Positions 14,162-26,256 of a stretch of 64,000 bases of DNA are shown piece by piece. The translations under genes and the position numbers were made by a program. The DNA comes from Eledone cirrhosa (taxonomy: Eukaryota). Each line of letters starts with the position of its first letter. Within the stretch, counting starts at the first letter, position 1. The DNA lies in the NCBI GenBank assembly GCA_964016885.1, contig OZ024745.1, positions 69,626,001 through 69,690,000 on the forward strand, in the 5' to 3' direction. The notes under the pieces were generated by a model. That model was not told the origin of the DNA. It saw only the letters and a program-made list of their open reading frames with translations, and made no database searches.

Positions 14162-14457
14162 AATAATAATATAAGTAAACAACTCCACTATCCGGGAGCT
14201 TCCAACAGTAATGGTTGCATTTTTTAAGGGTATGTCAATATTTATTTATAAAACTGATCTATATTATATTTTGTTTAATGAAAGCACACCATAATTTAAC
14301 TTGGTGTCCTTGAAATATGTATAATGAAATAAATATGGTTTTATAAATATAGTTTCCATTTGTTAATATCGTATGTTTACTCCAAATACTTGTTGAGTGC
14401 TTTATATCAGTTATAAAAATATTTGCTTGTTGTATCCCAACAATTTAATAGAACTTT

Positions 14458-14491
<34 letters not shown>

Positions 14492-14495
<4 letters not shown>

Positions 14496-14842
14496 TTAAC
14501 AACTTCATTTATACCATAAACGTGGTTTTTTCTTTGCGTGTAATTGTTCTCACCACTCCACATAATGACGTATTATCTTCGTTTTTTTCCGTTCATTGCC
14601 AGGGAACGTCTCCACGAACCACCTAAATAGAATATTAGTCTATGACTTCATTTATACCATAAACGTTCATTGCCAGGGAACGTCTCTACGGACCAAAGTA
14701 TCGTCTTCCTGTTTACCTTCGGTTACAACGTTTTTCGAAATATTTACTTCTGCGTTCACAGTTGGATTTCTTTAATTTCAGAAGATCCCGTTAAGGGTGA
14801 AAGTAGCGATTCTTTGCTTAAACTTTAATCTCTTATTTTAAT
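14492..14842 (+). mobile_element. Solo pLTR of second Naiad family (family N2) in (TA)n
   Basis: Homologous to 26930-27345, 27836-28380, 29300-29655, 32395-32720, 42158-42420, 43156-43356. Confidence 0.85.
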
Positions 14843-15404
14843 ATATATATATATATATATTATATATACATATATATATATGTGTGTGTGATACCTATCT
14901 AATATACATCAATCTATCTAACTATTAGCAATCGTCTTAACAAAGTGAGAGTTAGAGTAGAGACATATATGTTTATCTATAATAAAAATATACATGTTTC
15001 ACTGTGACTACTTTGAACTGGGATCATATCACAGCTACCCAAGTAATGTTTGAGAATACAAAATATTGTTACTTCAAAATTATTATCTGTCATCAGTGCG
15101 TAACAGATTATATATATATACTTTGCAAATAATATATTTTGAGATCTGGTCATTTGCTTATGGAGTTTATTTGACGGGTTAGTATTAGCAGAAACACTAT
15201 CACAGCGTGATTTGCGGTAGAATAGAGGCGTATATGAAAGCATATACAATATTTTATGTACGATAAGCAAATATAAATCTCGAAGTCACTATTTGTATCT
15301 CTCTATATATATCTATCTACCCTTTTCTGTCTCTTTCTCACACACACTCCCTCTCTCTCTCTCTATCTCTCTCTCTATATATATCTCTCTCTCTCTCTCT
15401 CGCT

Positions 15405-15449
<45 letters not shown>

Positions 15450-17926
15450 TGTATCTAAGCATATATGTATATATAAATGTATATATGTGTGTCTATGTAG
15501 GTGTGTGTTTGTATGTAGGTTTGTCTACGACATTCAGACGAATAGCTATGAGTGTTAGTAGACATGTTGGTGTTTAGGTGCATATGTGGCCATCCAGCTA
15601 TTCGTATTAAATACCAATGAAGAGAAGAAACACACTTTGAAAGACGTCTTGATAAAATCAATAAAACCATGGCATCTAATGATATTACATTTCTTACTAT
15701 TATTCAGCCAGAGGAGCTTGCTTGCAAACTATGCATGAAAAATAAAAGATGTCATGGAATGATCTTTTCTTTCTTTTTTACTTTCTTTCCATCTTTCTTT
15801 CTTTCTTTTTTTTTCTTTCTCTCTTTGTTCCTTATTTTTTTCTTTCTTTGTCTCTTTTTTTACTCCTGCTACGGTTTTGTTATATTTCCAAGTTTTACTG
15901 TTACAAAACAGATGCAAAATCAATTTTTGGGCAAGACAAAAATTTCCCGTGGCGTTAGAAAATTGTCACGTGATCATCTAAAATTTCTTGAAACACGCCA
16001 AATCTTATATTTATTTCGTTTACTCACAGAAAGTCGTTTTCTTTCGTTTTATAACGCATTGTAAGAACATTTTAAAAATACTGGAGAAATAAGCTGGTTT
16101 GTCGTTCTGTCTGTTTTTGTTTCTGCCAGAACTGAAGCTTTAGAGAACCTGCAACAAAGGAACGTATTCGAAAATTCTCGAACAGGAGCTATAGCATTGC
16201 GTTCAATTACAAATATTTTCATTTTAATTAGGAAATCCATTAGAATATTATTTTCTTTCGTTATTGAAGTTTTCTTGTTTTTATGTTCTCACGTCATAAC
16301 ATTATCTAATTCCATTGACAACATTTGTTTTTCAGTTTGTCTTGAATGTTTAAGCTGTCTTCGCCCTAGCAAGTGAAATAAAGTTGTGATATTCATGCAG
16401 TGAAAATGTTTCCTACCTACATAATCTTCAGTAATAAAACACATTGAAATACGTAATTTTATTGAAAATCATAGGAAAACAAGTGATACTTTTTTATTGA
16501 AAAACAACACGCAGATATTTCCATTCAAAAACTTTTTAAAATATTCCCATAGCTTAAACGCTTTAGATATTTTCTCTCAACCTTATTTATATTAGAGCAG
16601 ATATTTTAGATAATTATTATGTAGCATATGCCACGTCTATGATAGAACACAGTGTGTTTCTAGCATGGCTTAAAATAAGCAATACGTTTTACGAAAGGAT
16701 GATGTCTCTGATATTGGCGTATGATAACTTCACTGTAATAATTCTATTTTCATTTCTACTAAGATATTTTCCAGAGATAATGTACGAATCGAGCTGTGTG
16801 TAGCTTTTAGTTTCCTTTCCGCGATGGGATATACCAGTTTATATTTTTAATGTTCAAGTAATATATTACAGCGTTATTGATATTTTCGTACTCTTGCCAG
16901 ATCAGAGAAGTAATGGTAAATTGCTCATGACAAAATATTTAAATCTCCTGTTTACCTTATCGTATACGATAAAGAGCATTCATATTTAGTTGTTCGATCA
17001 AATGAATGTGCCCCTATTTAAATATCGTATAAGAGATTGAGTATTCCACTGACATCCTTAATATAATACTGAAGCCGGACAAGAATGACAACATTTAAGA
17101 AGGCTCTACCCTTACATTATGAATTATATAAGGCTGGATTCTCCGAGAATATCGACGCATTCAGTTACGCGATGACCTGAACGTTCACATCCTTACCTAC
17201 CAATGCTAGTGGCTCCGTAAAACAAATACACGTGTACCCATTAGGTGAGTCCCAAGACAAAACAGCGTGTCATAATACTGCAAGGATTTGAAAGATGAAC
17301 TTCTAATCTATAACATTCATCAATTTATTGAGCATCATTATTTATTCATTCAACAATTAATCGTGTAAAGCCTCCACGGTAAGGTCTTTGCTGTCTGGTG
17401 AAGAGAGGAAGGAAAATTGTCGAGTCTAAGTTAGCTGACGAACAGTGTGGATTCCCAATGCTGTAGATATTTAAAGCATTGTGAAAGTATTGCCAAGAGG
17501 TGTATAACTGTTTCGTATACCTCAGAAAAGCACCCCACTCTTCACGTGAGTGGAGTTCCACTGAAGCATGTGCAATAGATCAAAAATTTCGTAACCGTGT
17601 TCACAAGTGGAAGGCAGGAGATGGAATTATGAGCAAATATTTCAGAAACTTTTGCCCTTATGTGCCAGCTTCGCTGCCAGTCATGGTAAGAAGAAAGGAT
17701 GGTGTAAATGACAAACGGTATTCGTGCCAAATCAGCGTGACAAATTATTCAGAGGATTCGAAAGAAGTTATGGCCAATTGTATTCTTGAAATTATTCAGC
17801 ATCATCGATTATTCATTTAAATATTACTCTGTATTGAGGACTTATTGAGGACTTAATAACAATTAATAAATCCGCCTCCCCCCCTCTCTCTCTCTCACTT
17901 TTTCTCACTCTGTCATATTATATATG

Positions 17927-17957
<31 letters not shown>

Positions 17958-17961
17958 ATAT

Positions 17962-18252
17962 TTAGTTGTTGTATGGTTGCAATAAATGCGTACGAAGGCG
18001 GAATGCCGCTGAGCACTCGATGCTCGCGCAGAGCAGAGTATATTTTTATAGATACAAGGAATCAGTGATGCATCAAAACACAATTTATTAACATATTACA
18101 TATATTTCTCCGACGATCAGCTCCAGACAGGATCTATTATAGATCGAACCTGATTCTGCATTCGCAAGGTCCTCAGATATGTTTAGCTTTTTCAATCGGA
18201 TGAAATGCTTTGAAAACGCTAAACATATCTGAGGACTTTGCGAGTGCAGGGC
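17962..18252 (-). mobile_element. PLE pLTR-like remnant with short inverted copy
   Basis: Inverted repeat 18156-18192/18212-18249; abuts (TA)n; contains hammerhead candidate. Confidence 0.6.
18090..18183 (-). ncRNA. Type I hammerhead candidate with branched, extended stem II
   Basis: AACATAT-CTGAGGA-[~60 nt with internal hairpins]-GAAA-TATATG-TA-ATATGTT; perfect 7-bp stem I. Confidence 0.7.
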
Positions 18253-18254
18253 CA

Positions 18255-19546
18255 GCGCTCATATATTCACCTAGATTATGCTAACAGAATAACTATGTAG
18301 CTTGTTCCCTTCCTATCTACGGTTAGCTTTCCTCTTTGTTGTTTACTTGTCTCACTCGCTTTACGCGTTTTAATTGTCCTAATAACTTAATTTAGTTATT
18401 ATTGCACCAACGTGAGGTATATGATTTTTAATGCAATGAAATATCTATGATCGTTGGCAAATCACTGATGAGGGACTCATTTTATAACATGTTATCCATG
18501 TGCAACCTGCAGTATTCTTCTCCTCATTTTTTCACATATGTTTACCTAAACACCGATTCTGTTTTTCTCTCTCTCTCTCTCACTGCTCCCTCGTTCTCTC
18601 TGTTTCTCCTACTTTCTTTCGCCCCCTCTGTCATGTCAGTTAACTCTTCCTCACACTTCCACTCACTCACTCACTGTTTCTCCCCTTCTCACTTCACCCC
18701 GTTCGCGACGAATACATTTTCCTTCTTTCTTACATTTGGATTCATCTCGAAAGGTCTTTTTTCTAAGCGCTCATATATTCACCTAGCTTATGCTAACAGA
18801 ATAACTATGTAGCTTTTTCCCTTCCTATCTACGGTTAGCTTTCCTCTTTGTTGTTTACTTGTCTCACTCGCTTTACGCGTTTTAATTGTCCTAATAACTT
18901 AATTTAGTTATTATTGCACCAACGTGAGGTATATGATTTTTAATGCAATGAAATATCTATGATCGTTGGCAAATCACTGATGAGGGACTCATTTTATAAC
19001 ATGTTATCCATGTGCAACCTGCAGTATTCTTCTCCCCATTTTTTCACATATATTTACCTAAACTGCGATTCTGTTTTTCTCTTTCTCTCACTGCTCCCTC
19101 GTTCTCTCTGTTTCTCCTACTTTCTTTCGCCCCCTCTGTCATGTCAGTTAACTCTTCCTCACAGTTCCACTCACTCACTCACTGTTTCCCCCTTCTCACT
19201 TCACCCCGTTCGCGACGAATACATTTTCCTTCTTTCTTACATTTGGATTCATCTCGAAAGGTCTTTTTTCTAAGCGCTCATATATTCACCTAGCTTATGC
19301 TAACAGAATAACTATGTAGCTTGTTCCCTTCCTATCTACGGTTAGTTTTCATCTTTGTTGTTTACTTGTCTCACTCGCTTTACGCGTTTTAATTGTCCTA
19401 ATAACTTAATTTAGTTATTATTGCACCAACGTGAGGTATATGATTTTTAATGCAATGAAATATCTATGATCGTTGGCAAATCACTGATGAGGGACTCATT
19501 TTATAACATGTTATCCATGTGCAACCTGCATATTTTTCTCCCCATT

Positions 19547-19550
<4 letters not shown>
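18255..19550. repeat. Tandem array of about 2.5 near-identical ~510-bp units
   Basis: CTGATGA landmark at 18465, 18977, 19484 (periods 512 and 507). Confidence 0.95.
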
Positions 19551-19612
<62 letters not shown>

Positions 19613-19615
<3 letters not shown>

Positions 19616-19833
19616 GTATAAAAATCAATACAATATAATTACCTCATTACCAGAGGTTTCCCGAATGAGGCGAATACGAAAGAAACGTCTTCATTCGTTC
19701 GTCAGACGAGGCAATATAAAACATGGGTATATTGCCTCGTCTGACGAACGAATGAAGATGTTTCTTTCGTATTCACCTCATTCGGGAAACCTCTGGTAAT
19801 GAGGTAATTATATTGTATTGATTTTTATACATT
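19613..19833. repeat. 106-bp-arm palindrome (9-nt spacer) in (TA)n carrying two divergent hammerheads
   Basis: 19613-19718 is the reverse complement of 19728-19833 with 2 mismatches. Confidence 0.95.
19731..19808 (+). ncRNA. Type I hammerhead ribozyme candidate (mirror copy at 19638-19715, minus strand)
   Basis: ATTGCCTCGT-CTGACGA-A-CGAATGA..TCATTCG-G-GAAA-CC-TCT-GG-TA-ATGAGGTAAT; 10-bp stem I, 3-bp stem III, GUA cleavage triplet. Confidence 0.8.
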
Positions 19834-19905
19834 AAATTTTGCTCTGGTACTTACATAGAGCACTCTTCACTTCTATGACCTTTTCTGTTTTCAACGGAAA
19901 TTTCA

Positions 19906-19995
<90 letters not shown>

Positions 19996-20461
19996 GCGCG
20001 TGTGTGTATGTGTGTGTGTTTTTGTGTATGCATATATTTATATATATATGTATGTATGCATGTATATACGTACATACATTCATACATACATAGGTGTGTG
20101 CGTGTACAGAGAAAAATTGGCAGAATATTTTGGAGGAAGCACAGAGCGATTAAGTCAAAATATTTGAGTCAAAGTGATATGTAAGTAAATATATATAGTG
20201 TTACACAATTTATCTCGTTGTATCAGACAGAAATTGTTTAACAATTGATGTATTAATTTGATTCTCGTATTTCAGAAAATATATTTACTTATATTTATTC
20301 ATACGTTCCTAGATTTCCTTTTCAAGTACCACATTTGTATATAATTACATTTACACATCTAAAATATCATAAATGTTTAAGTGCAGATATAAAAAACTAC
20401 ATGACAGAATAACATTTAAAATACAAAGCCTCTTTTTTAATCTCTAATGCATATATTAATA

Positions 20462-20740
20462 ATTGTTTCTACGTTTTGGCACAAGGCCAGCAATTGCCCA
20501 GTGCATTACTGGTACTTTATTTTATCGACCCAGTAAGGATAAAAAGCAAATTTAACCTCGGTGGGATTCGAACTCAGAATGACACGAGTCGTAGCTCTAT
20601 GCGGCAAAGCATAGCGTCCGACCCTCTACCGATACTGCCAATCCAATATATTAATAATTGTTTCATGGCCAGCAATTATGCCAGTGTAGTACTGGTGCTT
20701 TATTTTATCGACCCGGTAAGACAAAGTTAACCTCGGCGGT
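20462..20740 (-). mobile_element. SINE copy plus partial second copy
   Basis: Reverse complement of the 1594 family. Confidence 0.85.
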
Positions 20741-22644
20741 ATTAATAATATTTATTTACTAGCCACACAAGGCTCAATAATTATATTAATAATACTATAT
20801 CTTTCACTCCTCACTACGTTTATATTCTTTATAAGGATAGAGTGGAATATACCAATATAAAACTTTGACATACGTCCTCAACAATTTAGTGTGTAAATTA
20901 GTCAATCAGAGAGAATCCCTTAATTAACTCTTACTTATGATTTAAGCAACATGAGAATGAATGTTATAACTTGAAATTAGATCGTAAAAGAAAGTTTCGC
21001 GGTTCCTTGGTCGGCACCCAACCGATTTTATAATTCCGACGCCCTTTATCAGTTTATTGAAGAATATAAACAGTGTCTATGTTAAAGGTAGTTGTGGATT
21101 AAAATTCCGTTTCAGTTTCGCCTGAATTTTTCAGTGGGGAGCATTTGTCTGGGAGAGAGTGCTTTGACCATTGTCTTTGAGAGCAGTAAGAAAAATGGCT
21201 CTTGTTATGGGTTTATATAAATAGTTTAGAGTTGAGAGCAAGAATACAATATTCGGATGGAGGAACTTCCAGAGTGTCGCTCGGAGAAATAAGGACTGGA
21301 CATAGTAATGTATTCAGATGTCCATGCAGGTCTTGTGAATCTGAAAACAATATGAATGATGAGAGGAGTAGAAACAATTGATACTTGTGTGCCGGATTGG
21401 ATGTGGTACGAGAGAAACGTAAACCAAGGAATAGAAATACCTGTAGTAGTGAACGAAAAGAATGAGATGAGATGGGGCGTTAGTATGGAGCAGAGGGTAG
21501 GATGTATTACTGAGTGATTTCGAACTTGCAAAGGAAAAGGTTGGTTCCAATTATAGCAATACATGAAGTCTGTTTCTTCACTGAATTGAAGCCAACTGAA
21601 TCCAATAATACAGTTTGCTTCCCCAGTGAATTATAACATATTATTTGAAGGCATGAATCTCCAAATTCTCTGTATCGAAGCCAATTATGGTAAGGCCAAT
21701 TATGGTACTTCATTGAATTCGAAGCAATTATAAAAGAGCATGAAGTCTACCTCTTCCCTCCATTGGAAACAATTATAGCAGGGCGTGTAGTGTACAAGTT
21801 TCTAAGATCTTAATCAATAATGATATCTCACATTGGCACCTGGCCACATGTCTATCCACCCCTAGTTAATTGGTACTGCATATTTTCTTGAATGCAAAAA
21901 GATGAGATTTAAAACCTTCATCGATGACATTTGAACTCAGAGCGTAATGTGACGTAACTAAACCTGTAGGTTAATTAGTTTAATGGTCTGCTGGTGCTGA
22001 CACATAAACAAAGTTCTCTCGTATTATATAAAATATAACAATATACTACTGTGACAAAGGGAGATTTTTTCCGGTGCTTTAACTATATTGGCATGTATAA
22101 ACGGCAATATATTGAATCAAACGTTTCTTTTTTATTTTAAAGAAAAGTGAGAGAGACGGAGGCGATGAGAGTGGGAGTTCACCTCTGTGTCCGGTCCTGG
22201 TGTAAATATGTGTGTATCTTTACTTATATTCATCTCCTCAAATATAGTGAGAATAACTATCAAAGAAAGAAATGTATTTACTTACGCATATCTATATATT
22301 CTTTAAACCAGGATCATCGCTAGAGTATTTTAATTCAGTGATCTGCTCGATCTGTATTGACTTGGTAACAAGCAGCACCAGCAACAAAGGTATAATATTT
22401 ATTATAGTAGGTGATATAGAGGAGATAGTTGCATATCATCTTCTGATACTACAGAGCAGTATATCGGTTGCAATTTGTTATATATTCAGGTTTTCTACAC
22501 GTAAATATTGTGACGTTCAGATTGCACAATCATCTCGCTTCTCGAGTACCATATGCATTAGGGCTCTGTACTATATTAATCCAGCTATGGATATACAAGG
22601 AAAAATTTTACGTTTTCAGAAAAACTGAAATGCGATGTCCATAT

Positions 22645-22733
<89 letters not shown>

Positions 22734-22737
22734 TTTA

Positions 22738-23240
22738 TTAAAGTACAATAGCTTTCACCGTATTTTTGACTAAAGGAATTTTAGCCTGATAATGGGGTTT
22801 AGAACCCTCAGATAAATGGAAAAGGATGAGTATTGACGTACATGGGAGTCGAACCCACATCTTTGGTTATCGCTACCATTACACCAACACATCACCCATC
22901 TCTTTCCATTCAAATTAGAAGCTACATTCTTAGCGAGTTTAAATGGCAAGTAAGTATGTTTTGAAACAGTGAGCAGGTTTGAAATTAGAAAATAGAATAG
23001 CTTTCACCGTATTTTTGACTAAAGGAATTTTAACCTGATAATGGGGTTTAGAACCCTCAGATAAATGGAAAAAGATGAGTATTGACGTATATGGGAGTCG
23101 AACCCACATCTTTGGTTATCGCGACCACTGTGCTACAATTAGACCAACACATAACCCATCTGTTACCATTCAAATACGGTGAAAGCTATTCTATTTCCTA
23201 ATTTCAAACCTGCTCACTGTTTCAAAACATACTTACTTGA
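22738..23240 (-). mobile_element. 249-bp tandem element with tRNA-like cloverleaf and terminal inverted copy, in (TA)n
   Basis: gctttcaccg at 22751 and 23000; 23174-23240 is an inverted copy of about 22948-23013; relatives at 40918-41212 and 44400-44715. Confidence 0.8.
23083..23153 (-). ncRNA. tRNA-like sequence (Gln-like D arm, non-canonical anticodon loop); second copy with deletion at 22834-22893
   Basis: ATGTGT/ATACGT acceptor, D arm (TGGTGTAATGGTAGC in the 22834 copy), TGGT-CGCGATA-ACCA anticodon arm, GTGGG-TTCGACT-CCCAT T arm, TTTTT 9 nt downstream. Confidence 0.65.
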
Positions 23241-23530
23241 TATATATATATATATATATATATTGAGTATATGTTGGTCGTTTACCGACACCTCAGTAAT
23301 GATTCCAGTATGATTCCAGTTCCTTAGAAGAATGACAACACAACCATGACGTGGACATATCGATGTAGTGACGGAGTAAAACACACTTGAACAACACGTG
23401 TACATGTCTTTCCCACACCAATTCGGACTGCCTCAAGAGGTCACAGCCAATCATTGCTGTCACCGATATATATATAGCAGTATATCTATAATTTTAATAA
23501 ACGAAGCCAAATTTTACATATTTGACTTAA

Positions 23531-23580
<50 letters not shown>

Positions 23581-23780
23581 ATACTTGGGGAGGGTCATAT
23601 TTGTGTAATATTGCCAGAATTAATAACAGAACACACTCACTGTTTGGTTGGTTTTCGCCTCTCGCTTCTGTGTCTTTTATATCGGTAACCTAACTTACTC
23701 GGTCCTCAATGTTGCCATTGACTGACCGACGGTCAAAAATAATACAGATACAATATAGACACAAACACATATATATAGTC

Positions 23781-24152
23781 TGGTGATGTGGGGTTGCATA
23801 GCCTTGATGTAGTCGGCATGCTATCTATTGACATCCTACCAGACTTATCCGTGGGTAGACATACTACCTCACCATCCCTTGTGCGCTGCTTGAGGCTAAC
23901 TAAGCCTTCTACAGGTTTCCTCCCAAGTTGTTGGGCCTCTGGTCTGCTCTGTCTCTTAGTATACCTGTCTACTATTTGTCTAATCTTATTTCTAGCTATG
24001 GTGAATTGTGCCTCTGTCTCGCCATCTATTTGTTGTGGTATGCAAACTCTTTTATTAAAGGGTAACCTCGTAGGATAGATATTACCCATCTTATATGTTT
24101 TGTCAGCTGGGTTGAAAAATAGTTTCTCTAAGGGGTTGTCATTATATCTATC
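23781..24152 (-). pseudogene. Inverted N-terminal segment of the PLE ORF
   Basis: Open frame ending DGEVVCLPTDKSGRMSIDSMP (PLE DKG-type motif), overlapping SIDSMP at the start of the + strand ORF. Confidence 0.85.
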
Positions 24153-26256
24153 GTCAATAGATAGCATGCCGAACTGCATCAAGGCTATGCAACCCCACAT
24201 CACCAACACGAGCGAAATTGCACGACAAACACACGATGGGAGAGAGAAAATCCTCAACGCTTACATGATGATGTGGACTGACATCCTAAAGCCAAGCAGA
24301 CGCACTGCCAACAACTTCCAGGAGTCTAACAATGGCATACCACCCTTGTATGGGCTCCGCAAAGACCACAAGACAGTCGACGACCCGACAACAGGACCAC
24401 CAACAAGACCCGTATGCGGAGCTAATATAGCTAGTAACTACAGGAACTCCTACTTCCTCTCAATGGTTATACGCCCCATAATCAAGATGTCCCCAGATGT
24501 ATGTGACAGTACAGAGGACCTCCTCAGCAGAATCACTGAGTGCAACAAAAACAGGAACCTATCCAACTGCATAATAGGCAGCATGGATGTGGTGTCACTG
24601 TACCCATCCATTAACATTGATTTTGCTGTGAAAAGATGTGTGGAGATGATCATTGAGAGTGAGGTGGTGTTCTGCGACGTCGACACAGACGAACTGGGCC
24701 TCCTACTTAGACTTACCTACGACACTGACTACCTAGACAGCCATGACCTTAGACGTTTCTGCCCTAGTAGACCTATAATAGGTAGACCCTCCACCATAAC
24801 CTCAATGGCACAAAAGACTCCCATGGGAAGGTGGATTGGGTGGACCAAAGCTATACGGACCCCCCAAAACAATGATCAGGTAAGAAAAATGGTCGCACAT
24901 GCAATAGGGGCTAGTATCAAAACTACCCTAAAGGGCCACATATTTAAGTTCAATGAGAAGATCTACACCCAAAATGAGGGAGCAGCCATCGGCGTCAGCA
25001 TAGCTGGTGATGTTGCCAACCTTTTCATGGTATGGTGGGAAAGGAGACTTAAAGATATTCTTAATGAGAGCTCCATAGACATCATCATGTACTCTCGTTA
25101 TGTAGACGATATCAATATAGTTATAAGAACACCCCCACTAGAGAGTACTAACAAGTTTGATTTAGAACGTAGCACGATGGAAAGCATCCAGCAGATAGCT
25201 AATTCCATACACCAGAGTATAACTGTAACTATCGACTTCCCTTCCAAACACCCTAACAATAGACTACCTGTATTAGACACAGAACTCTGGATTAACACTA
25301 TAGACGAGAGAGCCCAAATTCTCCTCTCACACTATGCTAAACCCATGGCCTCCAAATACCTGATACTCAAAAACTCAGCAATGTCCAGTAGTGCTAAGTT
25401 TAATATTCTGATCGCAGATTTGGTACGAGTGATGAAGAATGTGTCCCGCATGTGCGACCCAACAGAAATGGAAATACACATCCAACACTTCATTAACCGC
25501 ATGCAGTTCTCTGGCTACAACCAAAGAGACAGAGTCAGAGTATACGAAGGAGCCATGGAGAAGTATAAGACCCTCATAGAACTGGACATGAAAGGAATTT
25601 GCCCATTATACAGGAGCAAATCATGGAATAGCTTAGATAGGGCTAGACATAAGATAGGAAAAGCCACCTCATGGTACGACAACCAGAGATACCAGAGTGT
25701 CATGTTTGTGGACGCTACCACTGGAGGGAAATTAACTAACCAGTGTAGAAAGGCCCTGAGAAAGACCCACTTCAAAATTAAGGTGGTAGAAAAGCCAGAA
25801 ACCACCATAAAATCCCTGATCAGCAAAACCTACCCTTTTAAGAAAACCCACTGTACCAATAGGAAATGTATCATATGTAAGGTAAACCCCCTGATAAACT
25901 GTAAAACTAGAAACGTAGTTTATAGCATAAGATGTACAGAGGGTACTTGCAGAAACATGACAACAACATACATAGGTGAGACAGCTCGTAGCATAGGTGA
26001 AAGGATAGACCAACACTGGGGGGAACTAAAAGGACGAAAATACGGGTCAGTACTATACGAACATGCTAGACAACAACATGACGGTAACATAGAAAACATA
26101 GAAATTAGAATAATATCTAAACATAGAAATGACCCAGCTGATAGGCAAATCAGAGAGGCCAGTGAAATAGAAATTAGAAGACCAAGACTAAACAGAAAGA
26201 ATGAATGGAATAACAACAACACCCAAACAAACAACACTGACCTAAGAGAAGTATAA
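24100..26256 (+). CDS. Penelope-like reverse transcriptase + C-terminal GIY-YIG endonuclease (5'-truncated; genuine coding sequence starts about 24153; possibly Nematis clade)
   Basis: LYGLRKDHK, RPVC, SMDVVSLYPSI, QNEGAAIG, RYVDD, LPVLD, Cys-rich linker, NVVYSIRC..YIGETARSIGERIDQH..EH; no stops in 718 codons. Confidence 0.95.
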   Translation: MSAGLKNSFSKGLSLYLSSIDSMPNCIKAMQPHITNTSEIARQTHDGREKILNAYMMMWTDILKPSRRTANNFQESNNGIPPLYGLRKDHKTVDDPTTGPPTRPVCGANIASNYRNSYFLSMVIRPIIKMSPDVCDSTEDLLSRITECNKNRNLSNCIIGSMDVVSLYPSINIDFAVKRCVEMIIESEVVFCDVDTDELGLLLRLTYDTDYLDSHDLRRFCPSRPIIGRPSTITSMAQKTPMGRWIGWTKAIRTPQNNDQVRKMVAHAIGASIKTTLKGHIFKFNEKIYTQNEGAAIGVSIAGDVANLFMVWWERRLKDILNESSIDIIMYSRYVDDINIVIRTPPLESTNKFDLERSTMESIQQIANSIHQSITVTIDFPSKHPNNRLPVLDTELWINTIDERAQILLSHYAKPMASKYLILKNSAMSSSAKFNILIADLVRVMKNVSRMCDPTEMEIHIQHFINRMQFSGYNQRDRVRVYEGAMEKYKTLIELDMKGICPLYRSKSWNSLDRARHKIGKATSWYDNQRYQSVMFVDATTGGKLTNQCRKALRKTHFKIKVVEKPETTIKSLISKTYPFKKTHCTNRKCIICKVNPLINCKTRNVVYSIRCTEGTCRNMTTTYIGETARSIGERIDQHWGELKGRKYGSVLYEHARQQHDGNIENIEIRIISKHRNDPADRQIREASEIEIRRPRLNRKNEWNNNNTQTNNTDLREV

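Larger units (their letters stand above)
9990..14460 (-). mobile_element. 5'-truncated Naiad-type Penelope-like element with long 3' UTR, 3' pLTR and inverted 5' pLTR copy
   Basis: RT remnant with GLYRDD, NFVDVTLNL, NSNHP; EN remnant; 13755-14372 is the reverse complement of 9990-10498; both ends abut (TA)n. Confidence 0.9.

Noticed and set aside
18255-19550. CRISPR-like or coding tandem array
   Set aside because: Whole units are near-identical with no unique spacers; ORFs are low-complexity and frameshifted between units
20990-21500. Possible very old PLE remnant with CTGATAA..CGAAAC
   Set aside because: Too degenerate to support by eye
22785-22825. CTGATAA/CTGATAG-GGGGTT..AACCCT as a hammerhead
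   Set aside because: Core varies between copies, GAAA is not adjacent to stem II and no stem I partner is found
23083-23153. Functional tRNA gene
   Set aside because: No U33, mismatched D and anticodon stems, loop differs between copies and it lies in a dispersed repeat; kept as tRNA-like only
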